DNA of 64,000 nucleotides from an uncultured Bacteroidales bacterium. Its GTDB lineage: Bacteria; Bacteroidota; Bacteroidia; Bacteroidales; F082. The notes beneath the pieces were generated by a model. The model ran no database searches and had not been told where the DNA came from. It saw nothing but the letters and a program-made list of their open reading frames with translations. Numbering within the stretch: position 1 is the first letter of the stretch; each line of letters opens with the position of its first letter. Below, in pieces: positions 8,801 to 20,190 of this stretch. The DNA is taken from positions 8,040-72,039 of the forward strand of contig CAJOEZ010000011.1 of assembly GCA_905233685.1 (NCBI GenBank), given 5' to 3'. The translations under genes and the position numbers were made by a program.

Positions 8801-9219
8801 GGGGTCCTGAAGAAGGCGGCGAGGATGAGATGATGCTCGGACACGAAGCGCTCACTGCAACACAAGACAGTTACAACACCAACGATGACCTGAGGTATTG
8901 CGTCACCGCTATTTGGGACGGCCGAGAGACCGGTTTCTCCAACCCCGTCTTCCTCGGCCCGACCGTTGGGATTGAAGAACAACCTATTGTCAACCAAAGC
9001 GTTAAGGTCTATCCCAATCCGGTCAAAGACCAATTGACTATCCATGGAAAAGCCTTGCGCCAGGTCAGTTTGGTTACACTCACGGGAACGACAATCTTTG
9101 AAAGCAACGCCCAAGGAGAAAGCCTCGTGATTGAAATGGGAGCTTTGCCGCAAGGGCTTTACCTCCTGCGCATCCAACACAAGGACGGCATCGAGGTGGT
9201 CAAAGTAATGAAACGATAA
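5815..9219 (+). CDS. M6-family (immune inhibitor A-like) zinc metalloprotease with T9SS C-terminal sorting domain
   Basis: Signal peptide MKKTFFLLIALLGALHCATA. HExxH motif in STLCHEMNHSLGAPDLYHYD. C-terminal ~75 aa VKVYPNPVKDQLTI...GLYLLRIQHKDGIEVVKVMKR looks like a Por/T9SS CTD. Confidence 0.8.
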   Translation: MKKTFFLLIALLGALHCATAAPLKNIEVRLTQPDGQVINCYASGDEFYNYLHDANGFTIVKGDNGYYYYAMHDSQGQVVPSSYKVNSVEPASVGLNPYVKISPEEYQQRRHAREQHIRRPQKPANRELNHGVYNNLVVFIRFAGDTYHTTPFSAVDSMFNASNYESISMRNYFHHASYNKLDLRSYCYPIPDGETILSYEDIYPKEYYMPYDPVTNPMGYQDWETAEREFSLLERAIYYVADQVPDTLDLDYNGDGKVDNVVFVIKGQPGEWASLLWPHRWCIYDRYVPLNGLQVYDFNFQLEIGGYFNVSTLCHEMNHSLGAPDLYHYDGGPDAVGSWDLMCGTTEPPQQIGMYMKYKYGNWVDDIPDITGNYGYYEVEADSWEGNRRNAYRISTSDPNQFIVIEYRNENDIFDRNVPDGGLLIYRIDTRFDGNAGWNGTDQFDEVYLFRPGGSVNGEGNLNRANFCAERSRTEFNSETDPHIFLTNDDGYTEWDWIRNISTRGDKISFVYEPNWNYEYTMPGPENFNVNVNSIDHQLEFSWSPKEGADSYKLFRVAPSGGLMEIARDITDTTYVLPYSEGDLGYRAYALMYVSGGLLMYHSAPSETWAIIGNYETIRLSLTSDSPYGTKGGELAITYDHPNMPPRWLTIYEGTHNETELYVPAGTEVTFFWNPGFDPESKGIHLTATRLNEVSQDILFDIDQPAYEIAHYTALDEGLGVIPPQNVTAISDGTNIQLSWTVPTENKDFDIYRDGRLYHTAEGYTYLDDKIMRSGTHNYHVESAVGDISSWNPDNLVHATTMNYYCEPPQNLQGSYYQDGHVELNWDAPAFVGHGMLAYDNNEFLEQIGSTSHKWGIRIDPEQLAMFAGHPLTDIEVFDCSSGTYTFTIYNGQLTNNSTTLFTQQREMEGSYEWVRFALDEAVAFDPTLPLWICVATSGAQKPIPCCDYVGISNSCLIRSGSVWKPATQYGMYRSWMLRAYTAPIDNQNFTYNLYWGPEEGGEDEMMLGHEALTATQDSYNTNDDLRYCVTAIWDGRETGFSNPVFLGPTVGIEEQPIVNQSVKVYPNPVKDQLTIHGKALRQVSLVTLTGTTIFESNAQGESLVIEMGALPQGLYLLRIQHKDGIEVVKVMKR

Positions 9220-9245
9220 GCATTAAAACGGTGAAAAGTTAGGGC

Positions 9246-12212
9246 TCACTGAATCGGATAAGCCTGATAAAGAATATCATGCAGCACGGAGCGGATGCCT
9301 GTTTTCACCAATTTGTTCGGCTCGGCATCGGGATAGACGCGATTCGACAAAAAGATGATAATCAGGTCGTTCTCGGGGTCTGCCCAGACGAAGGTTCCCG
9401 TGAAGCCCGTGTGACCGAAACCCCTCATCGAACCAGACTTTGATGCCGTGCAAGCGCCTTTCTTTCCGATGGGCAGCTTGTCGAAGCCGATGCCACGGCG
9501 GTTGTCGTTGCTTGAAGCGAACGGCGCGGTGGTGAAATAGCGCACCGTTTCGGGTTTCAGGTAGCGAACGCCTTGATACTCACCCTCGTCCAATAGCATC
9601 TGCATGAGTGCTGCAAGGTCGCCAGCATTGGAAAACAGCCCCGCGTGGCCTGCCACGCCGCCCATCATGGCCGCAGCTTGGTCGTGCACATCGCCCCAAA
9701 CCAACTGCCTGCGGAAAATGGTGTCGTTCTCCGTCGGGGCAATCTGCTCGCGCGTGAAGTGGTTCAAAGGCTTGTAGCAAATGTGATTTAGCCCCATCGG
9801 GTAATAAAACTCCTGCTCCAAAAAATCCTCAATGCTCTGATTGGTAATCAGTTTCACGATTTTGGGGATGTAATAGAAACCCATGTCGCTGTAGAGGTAT
9901 TTCTTCTTGCCCAAACTTGTCTTGCTGACGGAATCGAAAATGCGGTCGGCGTAATCATTGATAAGGTAAAGGTTCTCGGCCACACGCACATTGTGCTGCT
10001 CGTCGATTTCATCTACATAAAACTCTGGCTTCGGGCCGTTTTCATCGACCGTCATCTTGTAAAACGGCACCCAAGCCTTCAGTCCCGCCTGATGCGTCAT
10101 CAGCTCGATGAGCTTGAGCTTGCCGTGCTCGTTGCCTTTCAGATAAGGAAAGAAATCCGCCAAGGTCTTGTTGAGGTCAATCTTGCCTTGGTCGTATAAT
10201 TTCATGATAGCCAGCGTGGAAGCGAAGACTTTGGTACATGAGGCGATGTCATACAGGTCGTCGGGCTGCACCGCATGGCCACCGCCGTAGGTAAAATTTC
10301 CGAAACACTTGTCATACACCACTTTGCCGTCCTTCAGCGCCATAAGCTGGCAGCCCGGATAGGCGCCTTGACGGATGCCCGACTTGGCTACTGAGTCCAA
10401 TTTGGAGGCGTATTTGGCGGTCATGTTGGCTGTTGGAATGGGGTTAACTTGCTTTTCCTGAGCAGGTTGCATCGACGACTTTGGTTCTTCCTTTGAGGGG
10501 AGAACATGTGCTTTTTTAACGGGAGTGCCGGTCACAATGCCGTCACCACACTGGAATTTATTCGTCGAGACGGGCAAGGTTCCGTGGGCTTCCATTTCTC
10601 CCGTCAGGATTTTCACGACAGCATTCACGGCGGGAACTTCGTCCTGATAACCCACAATCAAGCCCTTCACGCTGTTGTTGATGCGGAACAAATCGAGGGC
10701 ATATGGACAGGCAAAGAGGTTGAGAATCACGTCATTCTGTGCCACAAGACGGTTGAAGAACTTCACCGTCTCGTCCGTGATGCCATAATTCTTGCTGGCA
10801 AACATGTTGGTTTTTTCAATACTGACCACCACAAGGTCATAGCTTTCCAACGCCTTCAGCCATTCCGCCGACTTAGTGGCTATCTGGTCTTTTTCCACGA
10901 CGAAAGACTTGGCATTCAATCCTTTGGCCTTTAAGCCTTCGTTCACGTCGTTTTTGGTGTTGCCGATGGTCACCACGGCAATTTTCTTGTTGTCGGACAA
11001 TGGAAACACTTGATTTTCATTGCGTATGACCGTCACAGCCTCTTCATAGAGCTGACGGCGTAAGTCCTTGTACTCGTCCTTCTTCAAATCTGACATCAGA
11101 TTCGCGGTTGAAGCTGGTTTATAATGGTTTAGGCCCGCGCGATACTTGTAGCGCAGTATTTTCTTGCAGCTTTCCTCCAGTCGGGCAGCCGCCTTAGAAT
11201 CACGCTCCGCCGCCGCCTTGATGGTCTTGATGGCGAAAGGCACGTTGGTGGGCAGAATCAGCACATCGTTGCCCGCCATGAACGCCACATACGGCACGCT
11301 GTCCTGGCGAACTTTTTCTGAAACGCCTTTCATGTCTAAACCATCGGTGAAAATCAGGCCCTCGAAGCCCATGTCTTCTTTTAGGAGTTCGGTTACCACA
11401 CCGTAAGAAAGCGAAGACGAAGTGTTCTTAACTTTCTCAATAGCAGGAAAATACAGATGTCCGACCATCGCACCGTTCACGTCATTCTCAATCATGTAGC
11501 GGAAAGGTGCCAGCTCGATGTCGCGCACCTCTTCCATCGTGCGGGTTACGGTGGGCAGGGTCATGTGGGAATCAGTGGCCGTGTTGCCGTGACCAGGGAA
11601 GTGTTTCATGCTAGTAATCAAACCTTTGCTCTGCATTCCGAGAGCGTATGATGTTGCCTTCTCCCCTACGGTTTGCGGGTTTTCTCCAAAGCTGCGCATC
11701 CCGATAATCGGGTTGGCCGCATTGGAATTGACATCCGCAACCGGCGCGAAATTCACATGGATGCCCATCCGCTGGCATTGTTCCGCGATTTGTTGTCCCA
11801 TGCTGTAAATCAAGTCGTTATCATTCACGGCTCCGAGCGTCATCTGATAAGGATAGGCGATAGTGTTTTTGACTCGCATGGCCAATCCCCATTCCGCATC
11901 GATGCTGACCATCAACGGCGTTTGGGCAAGTTTTTGCCAAGCGTTGGTCTGTTCCACCTGCGCCTCGGCATCGGCGCGGAAAAAGCACACGCCGCCGATG
12001 TTGTACTGCTTGATGTATTTCGCCACATCCTCATAAAAAGGCTTGTCAGGCTGATTGGCGCGCATACAAATCAACTGAGCCACACGCTGCTCCGTGGTGA
12101 GACTGTTATACACCGAATCCACCCAGCGGTCTTCTGCAGACTGGGCAATAGCCTGCCCGACCGAAAGGGTAAAGGTAAGCAAACTAACTGATAAACAATG
12201 TTTTAACTTCAT
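9246..12212 (-). CDS. Glycoside hydrolase family 3 (NagZ/BglX-like) fused to a serine beta-lactamase/PBP-like domain
   Basis: KHFPGHGNTATDSH GH3 motif in the N-terminal half. The C-terminal half has an SxxK motif (DIASCTKVFAST). Signal peptide present. Confidence 0.8.
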   Translation of the reverse strand: MKLKHCLSVSLLTFTLSVGQAIAQSAEDRWVDSVYNSLTTEQRVAQLICMRANQPDKPFYEDVAKYIKQYNIGGVCFFRADAEAQVEQTNAWQKLAQTPLMVSIDAEWGLAMRVKNTIAYPYQMTLGAVNDNDLIYSMGQQIAEQCQRMGIHVNFAPVADVNSNAANPIIGMRSFGENPQTVGEKATSYALGMQSKGLITSMKHFPGHGNTATDSHMTLPTVTRTMEEVRDIELAPFRYMIENDVNGAMVGHLYFPAIEKVKNTSSSLSYGVVTELLKEDMGFEGLIFTDGLDMKGVSEKVRQDSVPYVAFMAGNDVLILPTNVPFAIKTIKAAAERDSKAAARLEESCKKILRYKYRAGLNHYKPASTANLMSDLKKDEYKDLRRQLYEEAVTVIRNENQVFPLSDNKKIAVVTIGNTKNDVNEGLKAKGLNAKSFVVEKDQIATKSAEWLKALESYDLVVVSIEKTNMFASKNYGITDETVKFFNRLVAQNDVILNLFACPYALDLFRINNSVKGLIVGYQDEVPAVNAVVKILTGEMEAHGTLPVSTNKFQCGDGIVTGTPVKKAHVLPSKEEPKSSMQPAQEKQVNPIPTANMTAKYASKLDSVAKSGIRQGAYPGCQLMALKDGKVVYDKCFGNFTYGGGHAVQPDDLYDIASCTKVFASTLAIMKLYDQGKIDLNKTLADFFPYLKGNEHGKLKLIELMTHQAGLKAWVPFYKMTVDENGPKPEFYVDEIDEQHNVRVAENLYLINDYADRIFDSVSKTSLGKKKYLYSDMGFYYIPKIVKLITNQSIEDFLEQEFYYPMGLNHICYKPLNHFTREQIAPTENDTIFRRQLVWGDVHDQAAAMMGGVAGHAGLFSNAGDLAALMQMLLDEGEYQGVRYLKPETVRYFTTAPFASSNDNRRGIGFDKLPIGKKGACTASKSGSMRGFGHTGFTGTFVWADPENDLIIIFLSNRVYPDAEPNKLVKTGIRSVLHDILYQAYPIQ

Positions 12213-12213
12213 A

Positions 12214-13047
12214 TTACTTTTGTTTTTTGTTTCTAATCCAATCCTTCAATTCGAGCCAATCGTAAGGCTTGCAAACGATGGTCTTTGCCTCGTCAAGCAC
12301 GAAAACCGTTGGCGTCGAAGTGATGTGGTAGTCCAAATACGCCTTTCCATCCCAACGTTTTTCATCATAAAAATGATATCCTAGCAAGTGCATTTTTTTC
12401 ACTTCCGCAGCAACTTCCTTTTGATTTTCTGCCAATGCAAAGGTGACCAATTCAAAATCAGATTTTAAGTCAAGTTTTTTCCGAATGCTGTTCAAAAAAT
12501 CATGGCAATATTCACAATCCGTCGACCAAAAGACGATGATAATGTTATTTGCTTGAGAATCATATAGTTGATAGGATTTCCCATCAATCGTAAGGCCCGA
12601 AAAATCAGGGGCTTTTGCGCCCACTCTCACCTTTTGAAATGGTTCAGTGACGGAATCCAAACGCTGACCTTCGGCCATAGTTATTTCGCCTTCAGCGAGT
12701 TGCGGATAATTCAGAAGGTAATCCGTGACAGCATCGCGGCCCATGTTCGTGTAGCCGTTCAGCATCAGTTCCAACATATATTCATACGTCCGCATATTGG
12801 TCTTGGCCTTTTCGAAAACAATATTCAAGTTCGCGATGGAAAGGCTGTCAAAATGCGCTTCGTCAACGCAAGCATTCTCAAAAAGAAAACCTATTACCTT
12901 GTCTTTCAATACACTGGAAGAAATCAAGGTCGTGTCATTGAAATCCACATCATCCCAATAGTCAGCTTTTGTTCCTTGTTGCGCCCAAACTGGCCCAACA
13001 AAGAACATACAAAAGAGAATGATATGGACTAATTTCTTCATAATCAA
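12214..13047 (-). CDS. TlpA-like thioredoxin-fold thiol-disulfide oxidoreductase (secreted)
   Basis: Signal peptide. [16 protein letters not shown]...[16 protein letters not shown] carries the CxxC motif. Confidence 0.7.
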   Translation of the reverse strand: MIMKKLVHIILFCMFFVGPVWAQQGTKADYWDDVDFNDTTLISSSVLKDKVIGFLFENACVDEAHFDSLSIANLNIVFEKAKTNMRTYEYMLELMLNGYTNMGRDAVTDYLLNYPQLAEGEITMAEGQRLDSVTEPFQKVRVGAKAPDFSGLTIDGKSYQLYDSQANNIIIVFWSTDCEYCHDFLNSIRKKLDLKSDFELVTFALAENQKEVAAEVKKMHLLGYHFYDEKRWDGKAYLDYHITSTPTVFVLDEAKTIVCKPYDWLELKDWIRNKKQK

Positions 13048-13649
13048 ATTGTTTCAAAATCAATTTTAGTCTGGATAGCCATGTTGAATGTCATGCGGTG
13101 GAGCGGTGTGGTGCCATGTTCAGCGATGGCGCGTTTATGTTCAGGCGTCGGATAACCCTTGTTTTTCTTCCAATTGTAAACGGGATATTGTGCGTCGTAT
13201 TGCTCCATCATCATATCACGAGTGGTCTTAGCGAGGATGGAAGCCGCTGCAATTGCCTGATACTTAGCGTCTCCGCCTACAATGCAAATATGTTTTACTT
13301 TGTTATATGGATTAAAACGGTTCCCATCGATCAACAGTAGTTCAGGTTGAAGTTTTAGTTCATCTAAAGCTCTGTGCATGGCTAAGAATGAGGCATTTAG
13401 GATATTGATTTTGTCAATCTCAGAAGCAGTCACCACACCAATTCCGTATGCCAAAGCCTCATCCATAATAAGTTGTCGCAACTGCATCCGCTTCTTTTCA
13501 GTAAGTTGCTTTGAATCATTGAGTTCCGAATAATCGGCGTCTTTCTTCAAAATCACGGCGGCAGCTACAACTGGTCCAGCCAAACATCCCCGGCCTGCCT
13601 CGTCGCAACCAGCCTCTATCAAATCCGAATAATGTGAAAGCAAACTCAT
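13044..13649 (-). CDS. rnhB: Ribonuclease HII
   Basis: [20 protein letters not shown] and the overall 201-aa layout are typical of RNase HII. Confidence 0.9.
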   Translation of the reverse strand: MSLLSHYSDLIEAGCDEAGRGCLAGPVVAAAVILKKDADYSELNDSKQLTEKKRMQLRQLIMDEALAYGIGVVTASEIDKINILNASFLAMHRALDELKLQPELLLIDGNRFNPYNKVKHICIVGGDAKYQAIAAASILAKTTRDMMMEQYDAQYPVYNWKKNKGYPTPEHKRAIAEHGTTPLHRMTFNMAIQTKIDFETI

Positions 13650-13652
13650 GAT

Positions 13653-14630
13653 TTACAACAACTTAAAGTAATAATGATTGGCAAAAACAAGAAGCAAAAA
13701 TAGTGTCAGTACCAAATTCGCCCAGCCTGTATTGTTCATATAGGTGAACTCGTAGGCAAAAATAATAGACAACGCAATGAAAATCAATCCGTTCATCAAA
13801 ACATTCCCTCCCACAAAGAGTAGAAACAGACCGAATAGTATCAATAGCATGGTCATAGTCATTTTCACTCTGATAGCTACAGTTTTTTCATAGTTCGAGT
13901 TGCCAAAAGATAGCAAAAGAGAAACAATCACAAGGAATGATAATAATATAACATCCAATAAATTAAAATCTTTTACTGAAAGTCTTACATTAAGAAAATA
14001 ATCTCTATAACCGTGGACGACATTCAAAAAATCTCCGAACAGATACACGCCCACAAAATAGAAAAAGTACACGAACAGGAAACCCGTCAGGGGAATCAAC
14101 TCCAAACGCAAAGAGCCTTTTTTGGCTATTGGAAGAGAGACTATTACCCACAGAATCAAAATAATAGCAGGGAAATAGCACATTGATGCCAAAGCGATGA
14201 AAATACCCACTTTCAGCAAGTCGAGTTCGGGTTTTTGAGAAAGGTAAATCTCAAATAAAGTATTGATTGACAGAATAATAAATATAGCAGACAAAGCAAA
14301 TGGGTAAAAGCTGGTCTGCGTCCTGGTGAGACTCATCAGCAATACAAAGACAAACGCGCCCATTGTGCTCACCTTGCCAATAATTTGGTTGTTAACTAAT
14401 ATTGCGTTGAAAATCAAGGTTTCAAGCACTAACAAAAGGAAAGCAAAAATAAGCTGGGCGATAGGCGAAAAGCCCAGCAGGCCGTCAACCAGATTAAAGA
14501 GTGGTGTTACAGGTCCGCCCAAGCCCATTGACACTTTTGCAGACCCAAAAGCTGGAATCCATAAGGCGATGGCCAACAACGCAATCACCACATACTGAAT
14601 GGCATAGCTCTGTCTAAAAAACTTTATCAT
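13653..14630 (-). CDS. Multi-pass integral membrane protein, function unknown
   Basis: 325 aa, almost entirely hydrophobic helices, AT-rich codons. Translationally coupled to purD (4-nt overlap). Confidence 0.6.
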   Translation of the reverse strand: MIKFFRQSYAIQYVVIALLAIALWIPAFGSAKVSMGLGGPVTPLFNLVDGLLGFSPIAQLIFAFLLLVLETLIFNAILVNNQIIGKVSTMGAFVFVLLMSLTRTQTSFYPFALSAIFIILSINTLFEIYLSQKPELDLLKVGIFIALASMCYFPAIILILWVIVSLPIAKKGSLRLELIPLTGFLFVYFFYFVGVYLFGDFLNVVHGYRDYFLNVRLSVKDFNLLDVILLSFLVIVSLLLSFGNSNYEKTVAIRVKMTMTMLLILFGLFLLFVGGNVLMNGLIFIALSIIFAYEFTYMNNTGWANLVLTLFLLLVFANHYYFKLL

Positions 14631-15997
14631 TGCAATTTCATCAAATCAAGTCCGATGTCGTGGCGGTAATTCACGCCCTCAAAATGAATCTTTTCCGCTT
14701 CGTGGTATGCTTTGGCTCTCGCCTCTTCGATGGAATTTCCGTGGGCCGTCACCGCGATGACGCGACCACCCGACGTAACCACTTCGTTTTCAGCATTAAA
14801 TGCCGTTCCAGCATGGAAAGCGACCACATCCCTCAAACCGTCAAGTCCAGTCATCAGTTTGCCTTTCTCGTAAGCCTCGGGATAGCCGCCAGATACCAGC
14901 ATCACCGTGACCGCCGTCTTGTCGCTCTTAGCGTAATGCACCTCGTTCAGGCGACCGTCGGCGCAGGCGAAGAGCAAGTCGGCGAAATCGCCTTCAATGC
15001 GGGTCATCACGGCCTCGGTCTCGGGATCGCCCATACGAACATTGTATTCAATGACGTATGGATTGCCTCCGTCGTTCATCAAACCCAAGAAAATGAAGCC
15101 TTTATAGTCGATGCCTTCGGCTTTCAAACCCTTCAAAGTCGGTTTCATGATGCGTTCTTCTACCCTGTTCAGAAACTCAGGTGTGCAGAACGGTACTGGC
15201 GAAACCGCTCCCATGCCGCCTGTGTTGAGGCCCGTGTCGCCGTCGCCGATGCGCTTGTAATCCTTGGCTTCGGGCAGCAAAACATAATGCTCACCGTCGG
15301 TCAGCACAAAGACCGAAACTTCTATGCCTTTCAGGAATTCCTCAATAACCACCGTGGCCGAAGCCGCGCCAAATTTGCCGTCGAGCATCTTGCTCAATTC
15401 GTCTTTGGCCTCCTGCAAGTCATTGAGAATCAGCACGCCTTTTCCTGCGGCAAGGCCATCAGCCTTCAACACGTATGGGGCTTTCACGCTTTCGAGGAAC
15501 TTGTAGCCCTCATTGAGGTTTTCCTTATTGACCTTGAAGCACTTGGCCGTCGGAATGCCGTTTTTCTCCATGAAATCCTTGGCGAAGGCCTTACTGCCTT
15601 CAAGCTGGGCACCGCGCTTGTCGGGACCGATGATTTTCACGGCCTTCAAAGCCTCGTCTTGCTTGAAGAAATCGACGATGCCGTCCACCAAAGGCTGCTC
15701 TGGCCCAACTACCACAAGGTTGATTTCGTGGCTTAGGCAGAAGTCCTTTATCGCCTCAAAATCAGAAAGTTTCAAATTGACATTCGTGCCGACTTGTGCC
15801 GTTCCGGCGTTGCCCGGGGCGATGAAGACATATGCGCCTTCGCTTTGGGCCAGTTTCCACGCCAAAGCATGTTCGCGTCCGCCTGAACCGAGTACCAAAA
15901 TGTTGCGTTTCACAGCGGTGATATGCTGTCCCTGGACTTCCTTCCAATCGACAGCTTCTTTCCTGGCTTCACCAGGATACATTATGATTTTTGCCAT
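14627..15997 (-). CDS. purD: Phosphoribosylamine--glycine ligase
   Basis: ILVLGSGGREHALAWKLAQS and an ATP-grasp body. ATG 15997 gives an atypical 28-aa extension; GTG at 15913 (VKRNILVLGSGG) is an alternative start. Confidence 0.9.
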   Translation of the reverse strand: MAKIIMYPGEARKEAVDWKEVQGQHITAVKRNILVLGSGGREHALAWKLAQSEGAYVFIAPGNAGTAQVGTNVNLKLSDFEAIKDFCLSHEINLVVVGPEQPLVDGIVDFFKQDEALKAVKIIGPDKRGAQLEGSKAFAKDFMEKNGIPTAKCFKVNKENLNEGYKFLESVKAPYVLKADGLAAGKGVLILNDLQEAKDELSKMLDGKFGAASATVVIEEFLKGIEVSVFVLTDGEHYVLLPEAKDYKRIGDGDTGLNTGGMGAVSPVPFCTPEFLNRVEERIMKPTLKGLKAEGIDYKGFIFLGLMNDGGNPYVIEYNVRMGDPETEAVMTRIEGDFADLLFACADGRLNEVHYAKSDKTAVTVMLVSGGYPEAYEKGKLMTGLDGLRDVVAFHAGTAFNAENEVVTSGGRVIAVTAHGNSIEEARAKAYHEAEKIHFEGVNYRHDIGLDLMKLQ

Positions 15998-16001
15998 ATT
16001 G

Positions 16002-17137
16002 TTATTCTTTAATTGCTTTCATTAGACAGTTCCAAATATCTTCGGCGGCTTTATCCCACGAGAAGTCCTTGGCGCGTTCGCGGCCTTTTTCAATCAAGGC
16101 TTCGCGCACGTTTTCGTCGAGCATTTCAGTCATGCCTTCGGCAATAGAGGCCTCGCTGAAGGGATCAACGAGCAAGGCCGCATCGTCAGCCACCTCGGGC
16201 ATAGAAGTTACGTTGGAGGTAATGACAGGCGTTTCGCATCTGAACGCCTCCAAAATCGGGATGCCAAAACCCTCAAAATAAGATACATACACCGATGCCA
16301 AAGCCGCCGCCGTCACCAAATGCAAGTCCTCCGCACTCAGACGACCGGCAAAAACGACCTCGTCCTTGAAGCGCATCTGGCTGTAGGCCTGTTCGATCGG
16401 CTCCGACCACCAACGTTTCTCCCCTACAATCAACAACTTAACATTAGACGGCGTTTGCGATTTGAACAAATCAAAAGCGATAAATAGCCGCGCCAAATTC
16501 TTACGCGGATGCAGCGAGCCGACAAACATAAAGTAAGGTTGTCCATCCGTGTATTGTGCCCGAATCCGCTCCTGTTCTTCCTCTGAAATTGGTGCAAACT
16601 TCTCATTTACACCGTTATACGCCACGTCAATCTTTTCGGGGTCAATTCCGTAGCATTCCACAATGTCTTGTTTCGAGAACTCCGAAACCGTCACGATGCG
16701 TTTGGCTTTTTTGGCAAATTTTGGGAAAAACCGTTTGTAATGCCAAAGATGGATTTTCGGCATGTCCTTAGGGAAATGCTCAAAGTTAAGATCATGGAAC
16801 TGAGCCACTTGCGGCACATCGGAGCGAAGGCTCAAATAGCCATCGGGCGAGAAAAACAGGTCGGGCTGGATTTGCTTCAGTGCCTTTTTCACCGAAAACT
16901 CGAACCACCAGATGAACAAAAACGGATGCCGTGCCTGCGGGAACAAAACGACGGGTTTCACATTGTCGCCAAAAAGAAACATCGGGTCGGGCTGGCGGTC
17001 GAAGAGGAAATAAAACTCCACATCGGGATGACTTTTCACCATGCGGCGCAAGGTTTCATAGGCCACCCAACCGATGCCTTCCAACTTGCCTTTCAGCAAC
17101 AAACGTGTGTTTACCGCAATTTTCATGGTCGAAGCCA

Positions 17138-17141
<4 letters not shown>
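16002..17141 (-). CDS. Glycosyltransferase, GT4/GT-B family
   Basis: C-terminal half has [14 protein letters not shown], typical of GT4 enzymes. Confidence 0.8.
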
Positions 17142-18568
<1,427 letters not shown>

Positions 18569-18605
18569 TGTTTTAAGAATTTTGTTTTCGTTTTGAATGA
18601 AAAGG

Positions 18606-18613
18606 CAAAGATA
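18606..18613 (-). promoter_or_regulatory. -7 promoter box TATCTTTG for ahcY
   Basis: Reverse complement of caaagata; about 38 nt upstream of ATG 18568. Confidence 0.5.
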
Positions 18614-18633
18614 CACAAATTTCCGACACAAAA

Positions 18634-18661
18634 TAAAAAAAGCGGAGTTTTCCGCTCCGCT
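18634..18661 (-). terminator. Rho-independent terminator after the lipoprotein gene pair
   Basis: On the minus strand: AGCGGAG-cggaaaa-CTCCGCT followed by TTTTTTT, 25 nt after the stop at 18686. Confidence 0.6.
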
Positions 18662-18685
18662 TTGTGATTGTTTCAATATATTGTG

Positions 18686-19333
18686 TCAGTTCGGTAAGCG
18701 ATACAAGGTTATCTTGTCGTCCAAAGTGCACTGTATAAGACCGTAATGCTTGGCGTAATAGATTTCCGTCGGGAAGTTTTTGGTTTGCGGATAGGCAACG
18801 TCTTTGAGTTTGAGGTGCATCACACCTTGATAGGTCTTTTCGCTGACCGTATAGGAATCAAGATATTCCGCAGTGTAATCCATAGCGTTGTCGTAACCAG
18901 ATTCATAACATTTGTATCTTTTATCGCTATCGGGATAGAACAAGTTCCCGTCAACGCCCATCACATAAACAGCCTCGTTAAAGTAGAGTCTGAACTCATT
19001 AATATCCGAATACTCCACCCACTTGTAGGCGGAAATCGTGGTCGAAACCCTTATTGTGCCGTAAGAGTTCGCCCCGCTCTGTTCAATGTGCTCATATTCA
19101 CCCTTTTCCGTAGGGATGAAAAGGATGGTGGTGCCCGTTTCGGTCGTATAGGAATTTGCAGGGGCAAATCTGAACGACTGCTGGATGCCGTTGTCGTCCT
19201 GCATCGTGAAGTTGCAATTTGTGCTGTCGGCGAACCAATCACGATTGGCAACGTTCACGCGGTATGTTTTTGTTTTCACACAAGAGGCCATAACAAATGA
19301 CAATGCAATCAAAATCAACAATTTATTCTTCAT
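18686..19333 (-). CDS. Hypothetical lipoprotein
   Basis: Start set at MKNKLLILIALSFVMASC (lipobox). Overlaps the end of the upstream gene by 11 nt. Confidence 0.55.
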   Translation of the reverse strand: MKNKLLILIALSFVMASCVKTKTYRVNVANRDWFADSTNCNFTMQDDNGIQQSFRFAPANSYTTETGTTILFIPTEKGEYEHIEQSGANSYGTIRVSTTISAYKWVEYSDINEFRLYFNEAVYVMGVDGNLFYPDSDKRYKCYESGYDNAMDYTAEYLDSYTVSEKTYQGVMHLKLKDVAYPQTKNFPTEIYYAKHYGLIQCTLDDKITLYRLPN

Positions 19334-19979
19334 AGAGCCAATATTTTTCACCGTTAGACATAACGACTTCGAGCAAGCCATTTTCATAATTGTAATAATA
19401 GGTATCGGCGTGGATGGAGCCTTCTTCTTCGTAATAATCAACAAGTTCCGACTTCAGTTTGAAGACATCGTGGTAATAGCGTCCATTAACTTTCAGGGAA
19501 TCAAGCATTTCATAATTGGAATGGTCTTCGCCAATGAATGGTAACCGTGCGCTTCCTACGGCAAAAATTGTGGCGCTTTTCGCATAGTTTTGCCCCTCTT
19601 CCTCGAAAGCCATATACCGGTTGGAGAACTCGATTTCCACGTTGAAAATCGGGTAGTTAGGCGTGCATTTCGTGATATCTGCCTCATACTCATAGATGTA
19701 GTTCGGCGCGGGTTTGAGCTTTTCGTAAAGGTAGTCGTAGCCCGTTTCCTTTTGGCGGTGGCGCGACACGGTGAAGTCGATGACGGTGCGGTCGCTCTCG
19801 TGCTGCATACGGAACACATCGCCGTTTCGATAAGGCACGGTGGCCAAATACTGTTCAGGGATTCTTCCCAAATCGACATAAGTTGTTTTGCTGCGCGGGC
19901 AAGCCGTGAGCAGCAGCAACAAGGCCCCAAAAACCGCTGGAGCCGTCACTTTTCTGAAAAATCGTTTCTTCGTTTTCAT
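19323..19979 (-). CDS. Hypothetical lipoprotein
   Basis: Start set at MKTKKRFFRKVTAPAVFGALLLLLTAC (lipobox). The C-terminal Tyr-rich end loosely resembles the downstream neighbour. Confidence 0.55.
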   Translation of the reverse strand: MKTKKRFFRKVTAPAVFGALLLLLTACPRSKTTYVDLGRIPEQYLATVPYRNGDVFRMQHESDRTVIDFTVSRHRQKETGYDYLYEKLKPAPNYIYEYEADITKCTPNYPIFNVEIEFSNRYMAFEEEGQNYAKSATIFAVGSARLPFIGEDHSNYEMLDSLKVNGRYYHDVFKLKSELVDYYEEEGSIHADTYYYNYENGLLEVVMSNGEKYWLYEE

Positions 19980-20153
19980 TTTGATACGGTTTATAGTTTT
20001 CGGTTGCAAAAATATGGCAAATTTCGGCACAAAAAGCAAGTTTTATGGGCATTACAAACTTTTCAAAATCTAAATGTTTGTTTATCAAATACTTGGAATT
20101 TAGAATTACAACATTTCTTTTTTCCCAGCAAGCGATTATTTCCAAAAAATGTG

Positions 20154-20161
20154 TACTTTTG
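20154..20161 (+). promoter_or_regulatory. -7 promoter box TACTTTTG
   Basis: Matches TAnnTTTG, 30 nt upstream of ATG 20191. Confidence 0.5.
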
Positions 20162-20190
20162 CCCAAACTTAACATTAAAACATCAGCAAA